NCBI GenBank assembly: GCA_046292385.1
Contig: JBKBRF010000032.1
Location: 1 to 64,000 of the forward strand
Length of the DNA: 64,000 nt
Origin: Armatimonadota bacterium
GTDB taxonomy: Bacteria > Armatimonadota > SYMT01
Reading direction: 5' to 3'
The notes below the pieces were generated by a model, which worked only from the letters and a program-made list of their open reading frames with translations, did no database searches and was not told where the DNA came from. A program made the position numbers and the translations under genes. Numbering within the stretch: the stretch's first letter is position 1; the number at the start of each line of letters is the position of its first letter. This document shows, one piece after another, positions 38,823-47,870 of this stretch.

Positions 38823-39404
38823 CGACCCCGCGCCCTTGTGCCGGGAGGCAGCCCTCCCGCGACGCAGGCCCTCCGCGGCCCTTTCACACTCCGCTGCGCT
38901 CCGTTGGCAGGCAGCTGCGGGAGCTCCCGTCGAGAAGCTCTTCCCGCGCCAGGAAGCGTAACCCGTGCCGGCAGGGGAGCTCACGGGCTGCCTCCCGACC
39001 CTTCGAGCTACCACCCCTCCGCCCAGGGGTGGTCACAACTGGCGCCCTCCGGGCGCCTCGGGTCTGGGCACGGTCGGCCGCCGGCGGGCTACCGCGAGCC
39101 GGTCCAGCACGCCTGGGCTTCGCGCCCACGGGGCGTCGGGATCTGCGAAGCCCGGAAGCGCTGCCGGAGGCAGAGCTGGAGGGGTTCACCTGTGACCACC
39201 CCTGGTAGGGGTGGTCGCTTGAGCCGCCCGGAGCGGCCCGTGAGTCGTCATCTCGCTGCAGGCGCCGGCTGCGGACGCGGAACGCAGCCAACCGATGGGC
39301 ACGCCCGCAGCGCCCGCTAGCGGAGGCGCAGCCGGAGCGTGAAAGGGCCGCGGAGGGGCCACCCACGCGCGAGGGCCGCTCCGGGTGGTGAGGGCGCGGG
39401 GTGG
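38823..39404. repeat. Long interrupted-palindrome element, copy 3
   Basis: Same termini and block order as copies 1 and 2. The outer stem ACCCCGCGCCCT/AGGGCGCGGGGT is perfect. Confidence 0.92.
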
Positions 39405-39498
39405 ACTCTCGGAGCGATGACGGCCTCGACGAGAGAATCCTGACTTTCGCCGCCTTGAGTTCGGTTGCGGCATCAGCCGAGCCGTGCAGGCTGGCTTG

Positions 39499-40935
39499 CT
39501 AGAGCCCGATCGAGACGTACTTCGTCTCCAGGTATGCTTCCAGGCCTTCGCGGCTGCCCTCGCGGCCGACGCCGCTCTCCTTCATGCCTCCGAACGGCGC
39601 CTGTGCGGTGGCGGGGACGGTGTCGTTGACGCCGATGATCCCGTACTCCAGCCCCTCCGCCATGCGGATGGCGGTGCCGAGGTCGTTCGTCATCACGTAG
39701 GCGGCCAGGCCGTAGGTGGGATGGTTCGCCTGCCGGATCACCTCGTCGAGGTTGTCGAAGTCCATGATCGGCATGATCGGGCCGAACGTCTCCTCACAGG
39801 TCAGGCGCATGTCGGGGTTGATGTCGGTCAGGACGGTCGGCTCCCACCAGTAGCCCTTCTGGAACCGCTCCGGGCGCTTGCCGCCGGTGAGGACGCGAGC
39901 GCCGTGGGCCTTCGCGTCCTCGATGAAGCCGATCGTGTTCTCCAGCGACCGCTGCTCGAAGAGCGGGCCGATGTCGGTCCCCTCTTCCCAGCCGTAGCCG
40001 AGCTTCAGATTGCGGGTGTGCTCCACCGCCGCCTCGGTGAACTCCTTCCGGATCGCCTGGTGGACGTAGATCCGCGTCGGCGAGATGCAGACCTGGCCGT
40101 TGTTGCGGAACTTGCCGATGGCGGTCACCTTCGCCGCCTGCTCCGGGCTCACGTCCGGAAAGATCACCACCGGCGCGTGCCCGCCCAGCTCCAGGGAGAT
40201 CCGCTTCATCTGGTCTGCGGCCTGCCGGGCGAGCTGCTTGCCGACCTCCGTCGACCCGGTGAAGCTGATCTTCCGGATGATCCGGTTCTCCATGATCTCC
40301 GGGGTGAAGTCGCCCGGCGCGGCGAGCACCAGGTTGGCGACCCCCGCCGGCACTCCGGCGTCCTCCAGGCACTGGAAGAGGAGCATGGTGGCGAGCGGCG
40401 TCTGGCTGGCGGGCCGCGCCACGATGGTGCAGCCGGCCGCCAGCGCGGGGGCGATCTTCCGCGCCTGCAGGAGCACCGGGAAGTTCCACGGGGCGATCGA
40501 GGCGACCGGTCCCACCGGGTGCTTCAGGGTCCAGTGTCGCTTGTTCGGCAGGTTCTGCGGGATGATCTGGCCGTAGGCGCGCTTGCACTCCTCCGCCATC
40601 CACTCGAAGTTGGCGGCGCTCTGCGCCATCTCCGCGCGGGACTCCGGCAGCGTCTTCCCCTGCTCGCGGGTGAGCTGCTGCGCCATCGGCTCCGTCCGCT
40701 CGCGGATCAGCTCCGCCACCCGCTTCAGGATCGCCGCGCGCTCGTAGGCGGTCGTCTTCGACCACGTCTCGAACGCCGCCCCCGCCGCTTCCACCGCCTC
40801 CCGCACGTCCTCGCGACCGCCGTACGGCACGTCGAGGATCACCTCTTCGGTCGCCGGGTTGATGATTCCGAGGGTCTTCCCGGAGCGCGCGGCCGTCCAC
40901 CGGCCGTTGATGTACATCTGCATTCGGTCTGCCAT
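39499..40935 (-). CDS. gabD: NAD(P)-dependent succinate-semialdehyde dehydrogenase (aldehyde dehydrogenase family)
   Basis: PWNFP, FTGSTEVG, LELGGHAP, FRNNGQVC, EETFGP and PFGGMKESG. Confidence 0.85.
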   Translation of the reverse strand: MADRMQMYINGRWTAARSGKTLGIINPATEEVILDVPYGGREDVREAVEAAGAAFETWSKTTAYERAAILKRVAELIRERTEPMAQQLTREQGKTLPESRAEMAQSAANFEWMAEECKRAYGQIIPQNLPNKRHWTLKHPVGPVASIAPWNFPVLLQARKIAPALAAGCTIVARPASQTPLATMLLFQCLEDAGVPAGVANLVLAAPGDFTPEIMENRIIRKISFTGSTEVGKQLARQAADQMKRISLELGGHAPVVIFPDVSPEQAAKVTAIGKFRNNGQVCISPTRIYVHQAIRKEFTEAAVEHTRNLKLGYGWEEGTDIGPLFEQRSLENTIGFIEDAKAHGARVLTGGKRPERFQKGYWWEPTVLTDINPDMRLTCEETFGPIMPIMDFDNLDEVIRQANHPTYGLAAYVMTNDLGTAIRMAEGLEYGIIGVNDTVPATAQAPFGGMKESGVGREGSREGLEAYLETKYVSIGL

Positions 40936-41089
40936 GGGAGCCTCCACCTGAAAACACCGCGAAGCGGTCCTGAAGGGCCATTTACCGTGGATGGACGAGG
41001 GTCCTCGGCAATCTGTTCGGAAGGAGAGCCGGGCCTCGAGCGCCAACGGGGGGCGTGAGAGGGAGAGGCTTGCTCGGAGGGAGAGCCAC

Positions 41090-41440
41090 GTGGACACGGA
41101 TGAGAACCGATACCGCGCGCGGATGCGGCAGCACTGCGCGGCGAAGCCGGACGCGGTGGAAGACCACCCGTGGGGGCCGGACGACAGCGTCTACAAGATC
41201 CGCGGCAAAGGCTTTGCCTTCATCGGGCCGCCGGACCGCGCGACGGTGAGCGTCAAGCCGCACCCGGACGAGCGCGAGGCGCTGCTCGCCCTCCCCTGCG
41301 TGCAGCCCGCCCCGTACATCGGCCGCTACGGCTGGGTGCTCGTCACCGTCTCCGATGAGGACTCCCTGGCACTCGCACTGGAGCAGATCGACTACACCTA
41401 CGACCAGCTTGCCGCCCGGGGGCGGAAGTCGAAGAAGTAG
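41090..41440 (+). CDS. MmcQ/YjbR family protein
   Basis: 'EDHPWG...VYKIRGK.FA' and 'PAPY.GR.GWV'. GTG start inferred. Confidence 0.85.
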   Translation: MDTDENRYRARMRQHCAAKPDAVEDHPWGPDDSVYKIRGKGFAFIGPPDRATVSVKPHPDEREALLALPCVQPAPYIGRYGWVLVTVSDEDSLALALEQIDYTYDQLAARGRKSKK

Positions 41441-41482
41441 AGGAAGCAGCAGCGCGCGCTCCGAACGCGATACCAAACGCGA

Positions 41483-41734
41483 TCCGAACGAACGCGAAGG
41501 CGCGAAGTGAGGGAAGAACGCGAAGGGAACCTGGGCACGCCTGCACGCGAGGACCAATGGGAGCGAGGTGATCGCCGCACTCCGCGAGCCCGCGCTCGAG
41601 TAAACTCGGCGCTACTGAGAGCGAAGCCCGCCTTCACGGGCTGCCGAACCCGGTGAAACGGAGAGCCGGGATTAATCACTCTGGGTTCCGTTCGCGTCCT
41701 TCGCGTGAGCTTCGCGCCTTCGCGTTCGTTCGGA
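41483..41734. repeat. Element with perfect 25 bp terminal inverted repeats
   Basis: TCCGAACGAACGCGAAGGCGCGAAG (41483-41507) is the exact reverse complement of 41710-41734. Confidence 0.85.
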
Positions 41735-41764
41735 GAGCTCGGAGAGATCCCCCTGGAGGAGCGT

Positions 41765-43120
41765 ATGTCGATGAACCGTCGCACCGTACTCATGGGAGCC
41801 GCCGCCGGACTGGGCGCCGCGGCGCTGCAGCGCGCCGCCGCCTCGCAGCCGGCCCCGGGCACACCGGGCACCGTTCCCACGCCGGCGCCGCGCATCGCGC
41901 GGTTTGAGCGGATGGGGTTCGGGATGTTCGTCCACTGGGGCCTCTACTCGCAGCTCGGTCGCGGAGAGTGGGCGAAGCACTTCCAGAAGCTGCCGACCGA
42001 CGAGTACATGAAGCTCATGAAGACCTTCACGGCGAAGGACTTCCGGGGCCGCGACTACGCGCGGCTGGCGAAGCAGGCGGGGATGAAGTACATCACCCTC
42101 ACCAGCCGCCACCACGACGGCTTCTCCCTGTACGACACCCGCGGCCTCTCCCCGTACGACGTCACCCACACCCCGGCGAAGCGCGACCTGGTGCGCGACT
42201 TCGTGGAGGGCTGCCGCGCGGAGGGCGTCATGCCGATGCTCTACCACACCACGCTCGACTGGACCGAGCCGCGCTTCGAGAAAGACTTTCCCGCCTATCT
42301 CCAGTACCTCCGGGACAGCATCGAGCTGCTCTGCACGCGGTACGGCAAGCTGGGCGGCCTCTGGTTCGACGGCAACTGGAGCAAGCAGAACACGGACTGG
42401 CAGGAGAGCCAGCTCTACGCCCTCATCCGCAAGCACCAGCCGGAGGCGCTGATCATCAACAACACCGGCATCAGCGAGGGCGGACGCGTGGGGCACCCGG
42501 AGATCGACAGCGTCACCTTCGAGCGCGGCCGGCCGAAGCCGCTCGACCGGCGCGGTCACCCGAAGTACGTGGCGGCCGAGATGTGCCACACGATGAACTT
42601 CCACTGGGGCCTCGCGCAGAACGACTTCAACATGCTCTCCCCCGCGCACGTGATCGAGGAGCTCTGCCTCGCCCGCCGCGCCGGCGCCAACCTGCTGATG
42701 AACCTGGGGCCGGAGGCGCAGGGCAAGCTGCCGGAGTACGAGTCGGCCGCGTTCCGGCGGGTCGGCGAGTGGATCCGCCTCCACGGCGGCGACGCGGGCC
42801 CGATCTACCAGGGACGCGCCACCCGCATCTCCGGCGACGGCGACGACTTTGCCCTGGAGCTGGACGGCGACCTCTACCTCTTCGTGCTGCATCTCACCGC
42901 TACGGCCAATACCCAGGCGCACGACTCCGGCGCGCGCGGCCCGGGCAAGCGGACCTTTCGCGGCGTGGAAGGCAGCTACGGCTCGGCCGAGTGGATCGAC
43001 AACGGGGAGAAGCTGAAGCTGGAGCAGGATTCCGGCGCGAAGCAGCTCACGCTCCACGCCACCGCCTACCCCTACGGCACCAACACCGTCGTCCGTGTGG
43101 CGCGCCTCCGCAAGAGTTAG
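41765..43120 (+). CDS. Alpha-L-fucosidase (GH29) with Tat signal
   Basis: NRRTVL twin-arginine leader, FGMFVHWGLYS, SRHHDGF, LWFDG and NLLMNLGP. Confidence 0.9.
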   Translation: MSMNRRTVLMGAAAGLGAAALQRAAASQPAPGTPGTVPTPAPRIARFERMGFGMFVHWGLYSQLGRGEWAKHFQKLPTDEYMKLMKTFTAKDFRGRDYARLAKQAGMKYITLTSRHHDGFSLYDTRGLSPYDVTHTPAKRDLVRDFVEGCRAEGVMPMLYHTTLDWTEPRFEKDFPAYLQYLRDSIELLCTRYGKLGGLWFDGNWSKQNTDWQESQLYALIRKHQPEALIINNTGISEGGRVGHPEIDSVTFERGRPKPLDRRGHPKYVAAEMCHTMNFHWGLAQNDFNMLSPAHVIEELCLARRAGANLLMNLGPEAQGKLPEYESAAFRRVGEWIRLHGGDAGPIYQGRATRISGDGDDFALELDGDLYLFVLHLTATANTQAHDSGARGPGKRTFRGVEGSYGSAEWIDNGEKLKLEQDSGAKQLTLHATAYPYGTNTVVRVARLRKS

Positions 43121-43150
43121 CTGCGGCGCGCACTCTTCGGCTCCCTCACG

Positions 43151-44890
43151 CTACCGGCTCCGGTTGGCGGCGAGCGTGAGGGGCGCCAGTAGCAGCCGCG
43201 CGAGCGGTACGAAGAGCGCGGCGAGGGTGAAGAGGTACGGGGGCGTGCGGAGCCCGGAGGGTGCCGCGCCGGTGAGGAACGGCGCGTAGACCCCGGTGAA
43301 GAACGCCGCGGGGCGGCTCCATTCCGCATTCTCGGCAATCCAGGTCAGGCCGGCGCCGAGCGCGACCACCACCACGATCCACGCGCCTCCGGCGAGCAGC
43401 AGCGCCCGCCGGCTGAGCAGCTCCTCCCGCCGTAGCCGGCAGCCGGCCCAGGCGGCGAGGGCGAGCTTGAGGGCGAGTCCCGCGCCAAGCAGCCACGGCA
43501 GCTCCTGCGGGAGCGCGGCGTACTGGGGGTCGACCTCCCGCGCCTGTCCCAGCGAGTTGACGACCCACAGGAACGCTGCCACCGTGAGCGAGTGCGCCAG
43601 CAGCGGCGTGCCGTACACCAGGGCCGGCTTGCCGCTCACGTCGGCGAAGAGGCCCTGCACCAGGTTCTTCCAGGTCCAGAACACGAGCGCCGCCACCAGG
43701 AGACACAGCAGCAAGCCGGTTCTCGCATCTCCGTAGCGGGCCATAAGGAGCGCGAGCGGCGCCGTCTCGCCGCGATCGACCGCCGGGAGCAGCAGCCAGG
43801 CCGAGAAGACGGCGAGCGCGATCAGCCAGGCCAGGGCGGTGCTTCCGGCCGCGATCCAGAGGCGCGCCGCGATGAAGCGGCCGGTTTCCAGCGGACGCGC
43901 GGCGATCAGCGGATGCAGCGACAGCTCGTGTCGCCGCGTGTCCCACTTCCTCCGCCCGCACCCGATAATCGCGGCGAGCAGGGGCGGCCAGAGGAGCGAG
44001 GAGAAGAGCAGCGAGAGCCAGAGGTTGACCTGGATGTTGCCGAACTCGGACCGGGGCGGGTTCGGCTCCAGGGGGACGCGGTCGGCAACCCACAGGAACG
44101 GGACGGAGAGCAGCGCCAGGACCAGGCCGGTGAAGGCGGGCAGGGTGAGGCCGTGAGCGCGCCACTCGAGCCAGAGCTGGGCCCGCAAGGCGGAGGCGAA
44201 GGGCGCGCTCCCTCTGGCGACGCGGCTGCTGGGCCGGAGCCGCGGCGACCGCCACGCGGGCACCTCCCCGCGGCGGGAGAGGGCGAGCGCGCGGGTCGCC
44301 GCTGCGGACGCCGCCGCGGCGGCGCCCAGGTAGGCGGCAGCCAGAGCGACCGCCGGCACTCCGCTCGCATCCGCGATGACCCCGGCGGAGACCATCACCG
44401 GGAGAACGACCGCGGCGGTGACGGCACGGACGTACGGCACGCCCGGCGACCACCAGAGGATCGCCTGCAGCGCCGCCGCCATCGCGCACAGCAGACACGC
44501 CGGCCAGAGCAGCGGCGCCTGGACGCCGAGGGGACGAAGCACCAGGAGTGCCGGCGCCACCCAGCAGAGCGCGGCGATCGCCATTCCGGAGAGCAGCGGC
44601 CACAGGACCAGCCGCCCGGTAGAGACCGGCAGGATCAGCAGGTGCGGCGGAAAGCTGGAGCCCGGCCCCAGCACGTCTCCCTCCGGGAAGGCCGCCGCCG
44701 CGATCAGGAAGACGGAGCTGAACGCGAGTGGAATGGCGAGCATGAACAGCAGCTCCCGGTGGGCCGCGGCGCCGGGAAGGCGGGCCGCCGCCCCGAGGAG
44801 GAGCAGGTACCCGAGGACCGCCGCCGCGAACCCGCGGTACCGGGAGAGGCTGTGGAGGCAGAGCGTCAGCGAAGCGGAGCTCGGGATCAT
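43151..44890 (-). CDS. ABC transporter permease-like membrane protein
   Basis: Many TM segments. Its start overlaps the ATPase stop (ATGA). Confidence 0.75.
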   Translation of the reverse strand: MIPSSASLTLCLHSLSRYRGFAAAVLGYLLLLGAAARLPGAAAHRELLFMLAIPLAFSSVFLIAAAAFPEGDVLGPGSSFPPHLLILPVSTGRLVLWPLLSGMAIAALCWVAPALLVLRPLGVQAPLLWPACLLCAMAAALQAILWWSPGVPYVRAVTAAVVLPVMVSAGVIADASGVPAVALAAAYLGAAAAASAAATRALALSRRGEVPAWRSPRLRPSSRVARGSAPFASALRAQLWLEWRAHGLTLPAFTGLVLALLSVPFLWVADRVPLEPNPPRSEFGNIQVNLWLSLLFSSLLWPPLLAAIIGCGRRKWDTRRHELSLHPLIAARPLETGRFIAARLWIAAGSTALAWLIALAVFSAWLLLPAVDRGETAPLALLMARYGDARTGLLLCLLVAALVFWTWKNLVQGLFADVSGKPALVYGTPLLAHSLTVAAFLWVVNSLGQAREVDPQYAALPQELPWLLGAGLALKLALAAWAGCRLRREELLSRRALLLAGGAWIVVVVALGAGLTWIAENAEWSRPAAFFTGVYAPFLTGAAPSGLRTPPYLFTLAALFVPLARLLLAPLTLAANRSR

Positions 44891-45834
44891 GACGGAGCCT
44901 CCGCGTACGACGGTGCGGCCGAATAGGCGACGAAGATCTCGTCGAGCGATGGCTGGTCGTGATGAACCACCCGGCCCCCGAGGAGCGCCGCCTCCGCCTC
45001 CGCCGGGGCGATTCCGCAGCGGCAGATCGCCGTCCACTCCCGCCCCGAGCCGTCCCAGCGCAGCGCGGAGGCCAGGGCCGGGGCCGTCGGCCGCGGCTCC
45101 GGGAAGCGGAGCGTTACACGGCAGTGCACTTCCTGAACCTCGTCCAGCGGAGCGCAGAAGAGGATCCGCCCGTGCCGGACCATGGCGATCGAGTCCGCTA
45201 CCCGCTCCACCTCGCTCAGCAGGTGCGAGGAAAAGAGGACGGTCCGCCCCTCGTCGGCGACGCTCCGGATGATCGCCGTGAGGATGTCCCGCCGCGCGAT
45301 CGGGTCGAGACCGGAGGACGGCTCATCCAGCACCAGCAGCTCCGGGCGATAGGCGAGCGCCGCCATCAGCCCCGCCCGGGCCCGCTGCCCCTTGGAGAGG
45401 GTCCGGATGGCGGCGCCGGCGTCGAGTCCGAACTCCTGCCGGAGGCGCTCCGCCAGGCAATCGTCCCACGTCGGGTAGAACGCGCGCGTGTACCGCATCA
45501 GCTCGCCCACCCGCATCCAGCCGGGGAGATCGGCGTCTTCCTGGAGATAGCCGATCCGGGAGAGGACCCCCTCCGGATCGGTCACCGGGTCGCGGCCGAA
45601 GACGCGCACCGAGCCCTGCTGGGCCCGCAGCAGACCCAGGAGGTGACGGATGAGCGTCGTCTTTCCCGCCCCGTTCTCTCCCACCAACCCCATCACGGTG
45701 CCGCGTGGGATGGTGAGGTCGACCGCGTCGAGTGCAACGCGGCTTCCGAACCGCCGGGTCAACCCGCGGATCTCGACCACCGGCTCCTCCACCGCGCCGG
45801 CGGGTGCCGCCTGCCGCTCCAGGAGCTGGCTCAT
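44887..45834 (-). CDS. ABC transporter ATP-binding protein (YtrB/CcmA-like)
   Basis: GENGAGKTT, LSKGQ, LDEPSSGLD and SSH. Confidence 0.93.
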   Translation of the reverse strand: MSQLLERQAAPAGAVEEPVVEIRGLTRRFGSRVALDAVDLTIPRGTVMGLVGENGAGKTTLIRHLLGLLRAQQGSVRVFGRDPVTDPEGVLSRIGYLQEDADLPGWMRVGELMRYTRAFYPTWDDCLAERLRQEFGLDAGAAIRTLSKGQRARAGLMAALAYRPELLVLDEPSSGLDPIARRDILTAIIRSVADEGRTVLFSSHLLSEVERVADSIAMVRHGRILFCAPLDEVQEVHCRVTLRFPEPRPTAPALASALRWDGSGREWTAICRCGIAPAEAEAALLGGRVVHHDQPSLDEIFVAYSAAPSYAEAPS

Positions 45835-47270
45835 GGTTGTCCTCCTCCCCCACGCTCCTGCGCCTGCCGCGGGAGCCAGGTCGCCATCATCGCGGCCGTG
45901 AGCGGCAGGTCCATGACCCGGGCCCGCTGCTCCGGCGGGAGCGCGTCGAACCCTTCGAAGAGCTGGTCGAGCGAGCGCTCCAACTCGTCCGGGCTCATCC
46001 GCCGCAGGAGCTCTAGCTGAGCCCGCTGGAGCCCCGCCAGCCGCTCCTCCGCCGTGTCCCCGCTGGCTGCCGGCCAGGTGCTGTAGACCAGGTAAACCGG
46101 CTCGGCCTCCAACCCGGCATCCCGCGCCGCGCGCTCGGCAGCCCCGGGCGCCGCCGGCAGCCGCTCGAAGCGGCGCGCGGGGCCCGCCTCCCCTTCGGCG
46201 ACCCGGACCTGCTCTACTTCGACCTCCTGGAGCGCCCGCACGGTCGCGCCCAGCCGCCCGGCGTGCTCCCGTCGCCCCAGCGCCAGCCGCGGAACCTTGC
46301 GAAGAAAGATGCGGCACCAGTCGACTCCCGGCAGCGCCGCGGTGAGGCGTTCCAGTGCCTCCTCGATCGGCAGGTGGTTCGGGCCGGTTTCGGAGAGCTG
46401 GAGCGAAAGCAGCGCGGGTTCCACCACGACGCGGGCACCGGTCTGCCGCGAGATTCGCCCCGCCGCTTCCTGCAGCGTCCCGCCTCGCATCCGGCTAGCC
46501 GGATCGGCTGGCGCGGCTCCACCCGGGGGCGCTCCGCCCGGCACCAGGCCGGACCGCTCCAGGAGCGTCGAGACGCCTGCCATCATCGCGCCGCGCTCCG
46601 CCGGCGGCGTGGCGTCCCAACGGCGCATCCCGGCGGCGTGCATTGCCCGCCCGAACCGCTCCCTCTCCGCCGGCTCCAGTCCCATGAAGTGCTTCGCCGT
46701 CTCCGCATACGCCGATCCGAGCCGGTCACGGCCGCCCTGCCACGCCAGCTGCTGCCGCTGCAGGCTCCGCAACTGCGCTTCCGGAGGGCCGCCGTCCTCC
46801 GCCGGCGACCTGCTGTAAAGGACGACCACTTCGCGCCCGCGCTCCACCCCAGCATCTCTCCGGGGAACCTCCAGCCAGAGCGTGAGAGTCCGCGGAGTGC
46901 CGCCCTCCAGCACCAGCGGATGCGTCTCACTCGCCGCGAGCCGGCGCGCCGTCGCGGCGAGGCTGGGGCTGCCGGTGGCCCCGTTCGGGTGCTCCGGAAC
47001 CCGGAGCCGCCGCCAGGCCGTTCCGGGGAGGACCTCGCACAGGCGCTTCATCGCCTCCGGCAGCGAGAGCGCGGCCGGGGGAGAGACCGGTACCGGAGTG
47101 CCGGCGAGCTCCGGGTCCGGAACGATCGGCAGCCGGTATCGCTCCGAGAGCGTGCGGCAGAGCTCCTCCAGCGACTCCGGAGGCGCCGCCTGGGAAGCCC
47201 CGCCCAGCGCCAGGGCGGCTCCCGCGAGCAGCGCCAGGTATTGCATCCCGCGTCTCTTCGTGTCGTTCAT
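45831..47270 (-). CDS. Secreted hypothetical protein with internal duplication
   Basis: Signal peptide and two homologous halves. ATGA overlaps couple it to both neighbours. Confidence 0.7.
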   Translation of the reverse strand: MNDTKRRGMQYLALLAGAALALGGASQAAPPESLEELCRTLSERYRLPIVPDPELAGTPVPVSPPAALSLPEAMKRLCEVLPGTAWRRLRVPEHPNGATGSPSLAATARRLAASETHPLVLEGGTPRTLTLWLEVPRRDAGVERGREVVVLYSRSPAEDGGPPEAQLRSLQRQQLAWQGGRDRLGSAYAETAKHFMGLEPAERERFGRAMHAAGMRRWDATPPAERGAMMAGVSTLLERSGLVPGGAPPGGAAPADPASRMRGGTLQEAAGRISRQTGARVVVEPALLSLQLSETGPNHLPIEEALERLTAALPGVDWCRIFLRKVPRLALGRREHAGRLGATVRALQEVEVEQVRVAEGEAGPARRFERLPAAPGAAERAARDAGLEAEPVYLVYSTWPAASGDTAEERLAGLQRAQLELLRRMSPDELERSLDQLFEGFDALPPEQRARVMDLPLTAAMMATWLPRQAQERGGGGQP

Positions 47271-47671
47271 CGCACCCCCTCCTTCGCCGGCTCTTCCCGC
47301 CGGCAGGCGTCCCGCTCGCGCAGGTAGCCGGCCAGGGCTTCCACGTCGAGGCCGAGCTGCTCCGCGTCGGCGAGAAGCGCGTCGATCCGGTCCGCGAGCA
47401 GCGCCAGCCGTTCCGAGCGAGGCATCGGCGCCGCTCCGCTGGAGACGTACGTCCCGGACGTGCGGCGCTTGGCGACCACCCCGGCCACCTCCAGCTCGCG
47501 GTAGGCGCGGGCCACGGTGTTCGGATTGATCGTCAGCCGCTCCGCCAGCACCCGGATCGGCGGCAGCTCCTCTCCTGGCGCGAGCCGCCCCGATGCCACC
47601 AGGTGCCGGACCTGGTTCACGATCTGCTGGTAGATGGGCACTCCCTCCTGGGGAGAGATCTGGATCTGCAC
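47267..47671 (-). CDS. GntR family regulator, YtrA subfamily
   Basis: PIYQQI, 'LPPIRVLAERLTINPNTVARAYRELE' and a short C-terminus. Confidence 0.93.
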   Translation of the reverse strand: MQIQISPQEGVPIYQQIVNQVRHLVASGRLAPGEELPPIRVLAERLTINPNTVARAYRELEVAGVVAKRRTSGTYVSSGAAPMPRSERLALLADRIDALLADAEQLGLDVEALAGYLRERDACRREEPAKEGVR

Positions 47672-47685
47672 GGGCTGCTCCTGTC

Positions 47686-47711
47686 TCTTGTATTAGATCA
47701 GCAATACAAGA
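47686..47711. promoter_or_regulatory. YtrA-type operator palindrome
   Basis: TCTTGTATT-N8-AATACAAGA directly upstream of the GntR start. Confidence 0.75.
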
Positions 47712-47870
47712 CGCGTCAGAGCCTCGGAAGGTTTCGCCCGGAATTTGGAGATCCGCCGCCGGCCTCGGGTGGCGCCGCGCGCCTCCCGTTCTCACGCGGT
47801 GCTGCTATAACTTCCAGGCGCGCTTCTCCCCCCGCGCCGGTGGCGCACACCGCGCGAGCGATCCTGATTG

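Noticed and set aside
5980..39404. Long repeat as a CRISPR array, group II intron or complete IS
   Set aside because: There are no regularly spaced direct repeats, no recognisable intron domain V, and no RT or transposase ORF or target duplication.
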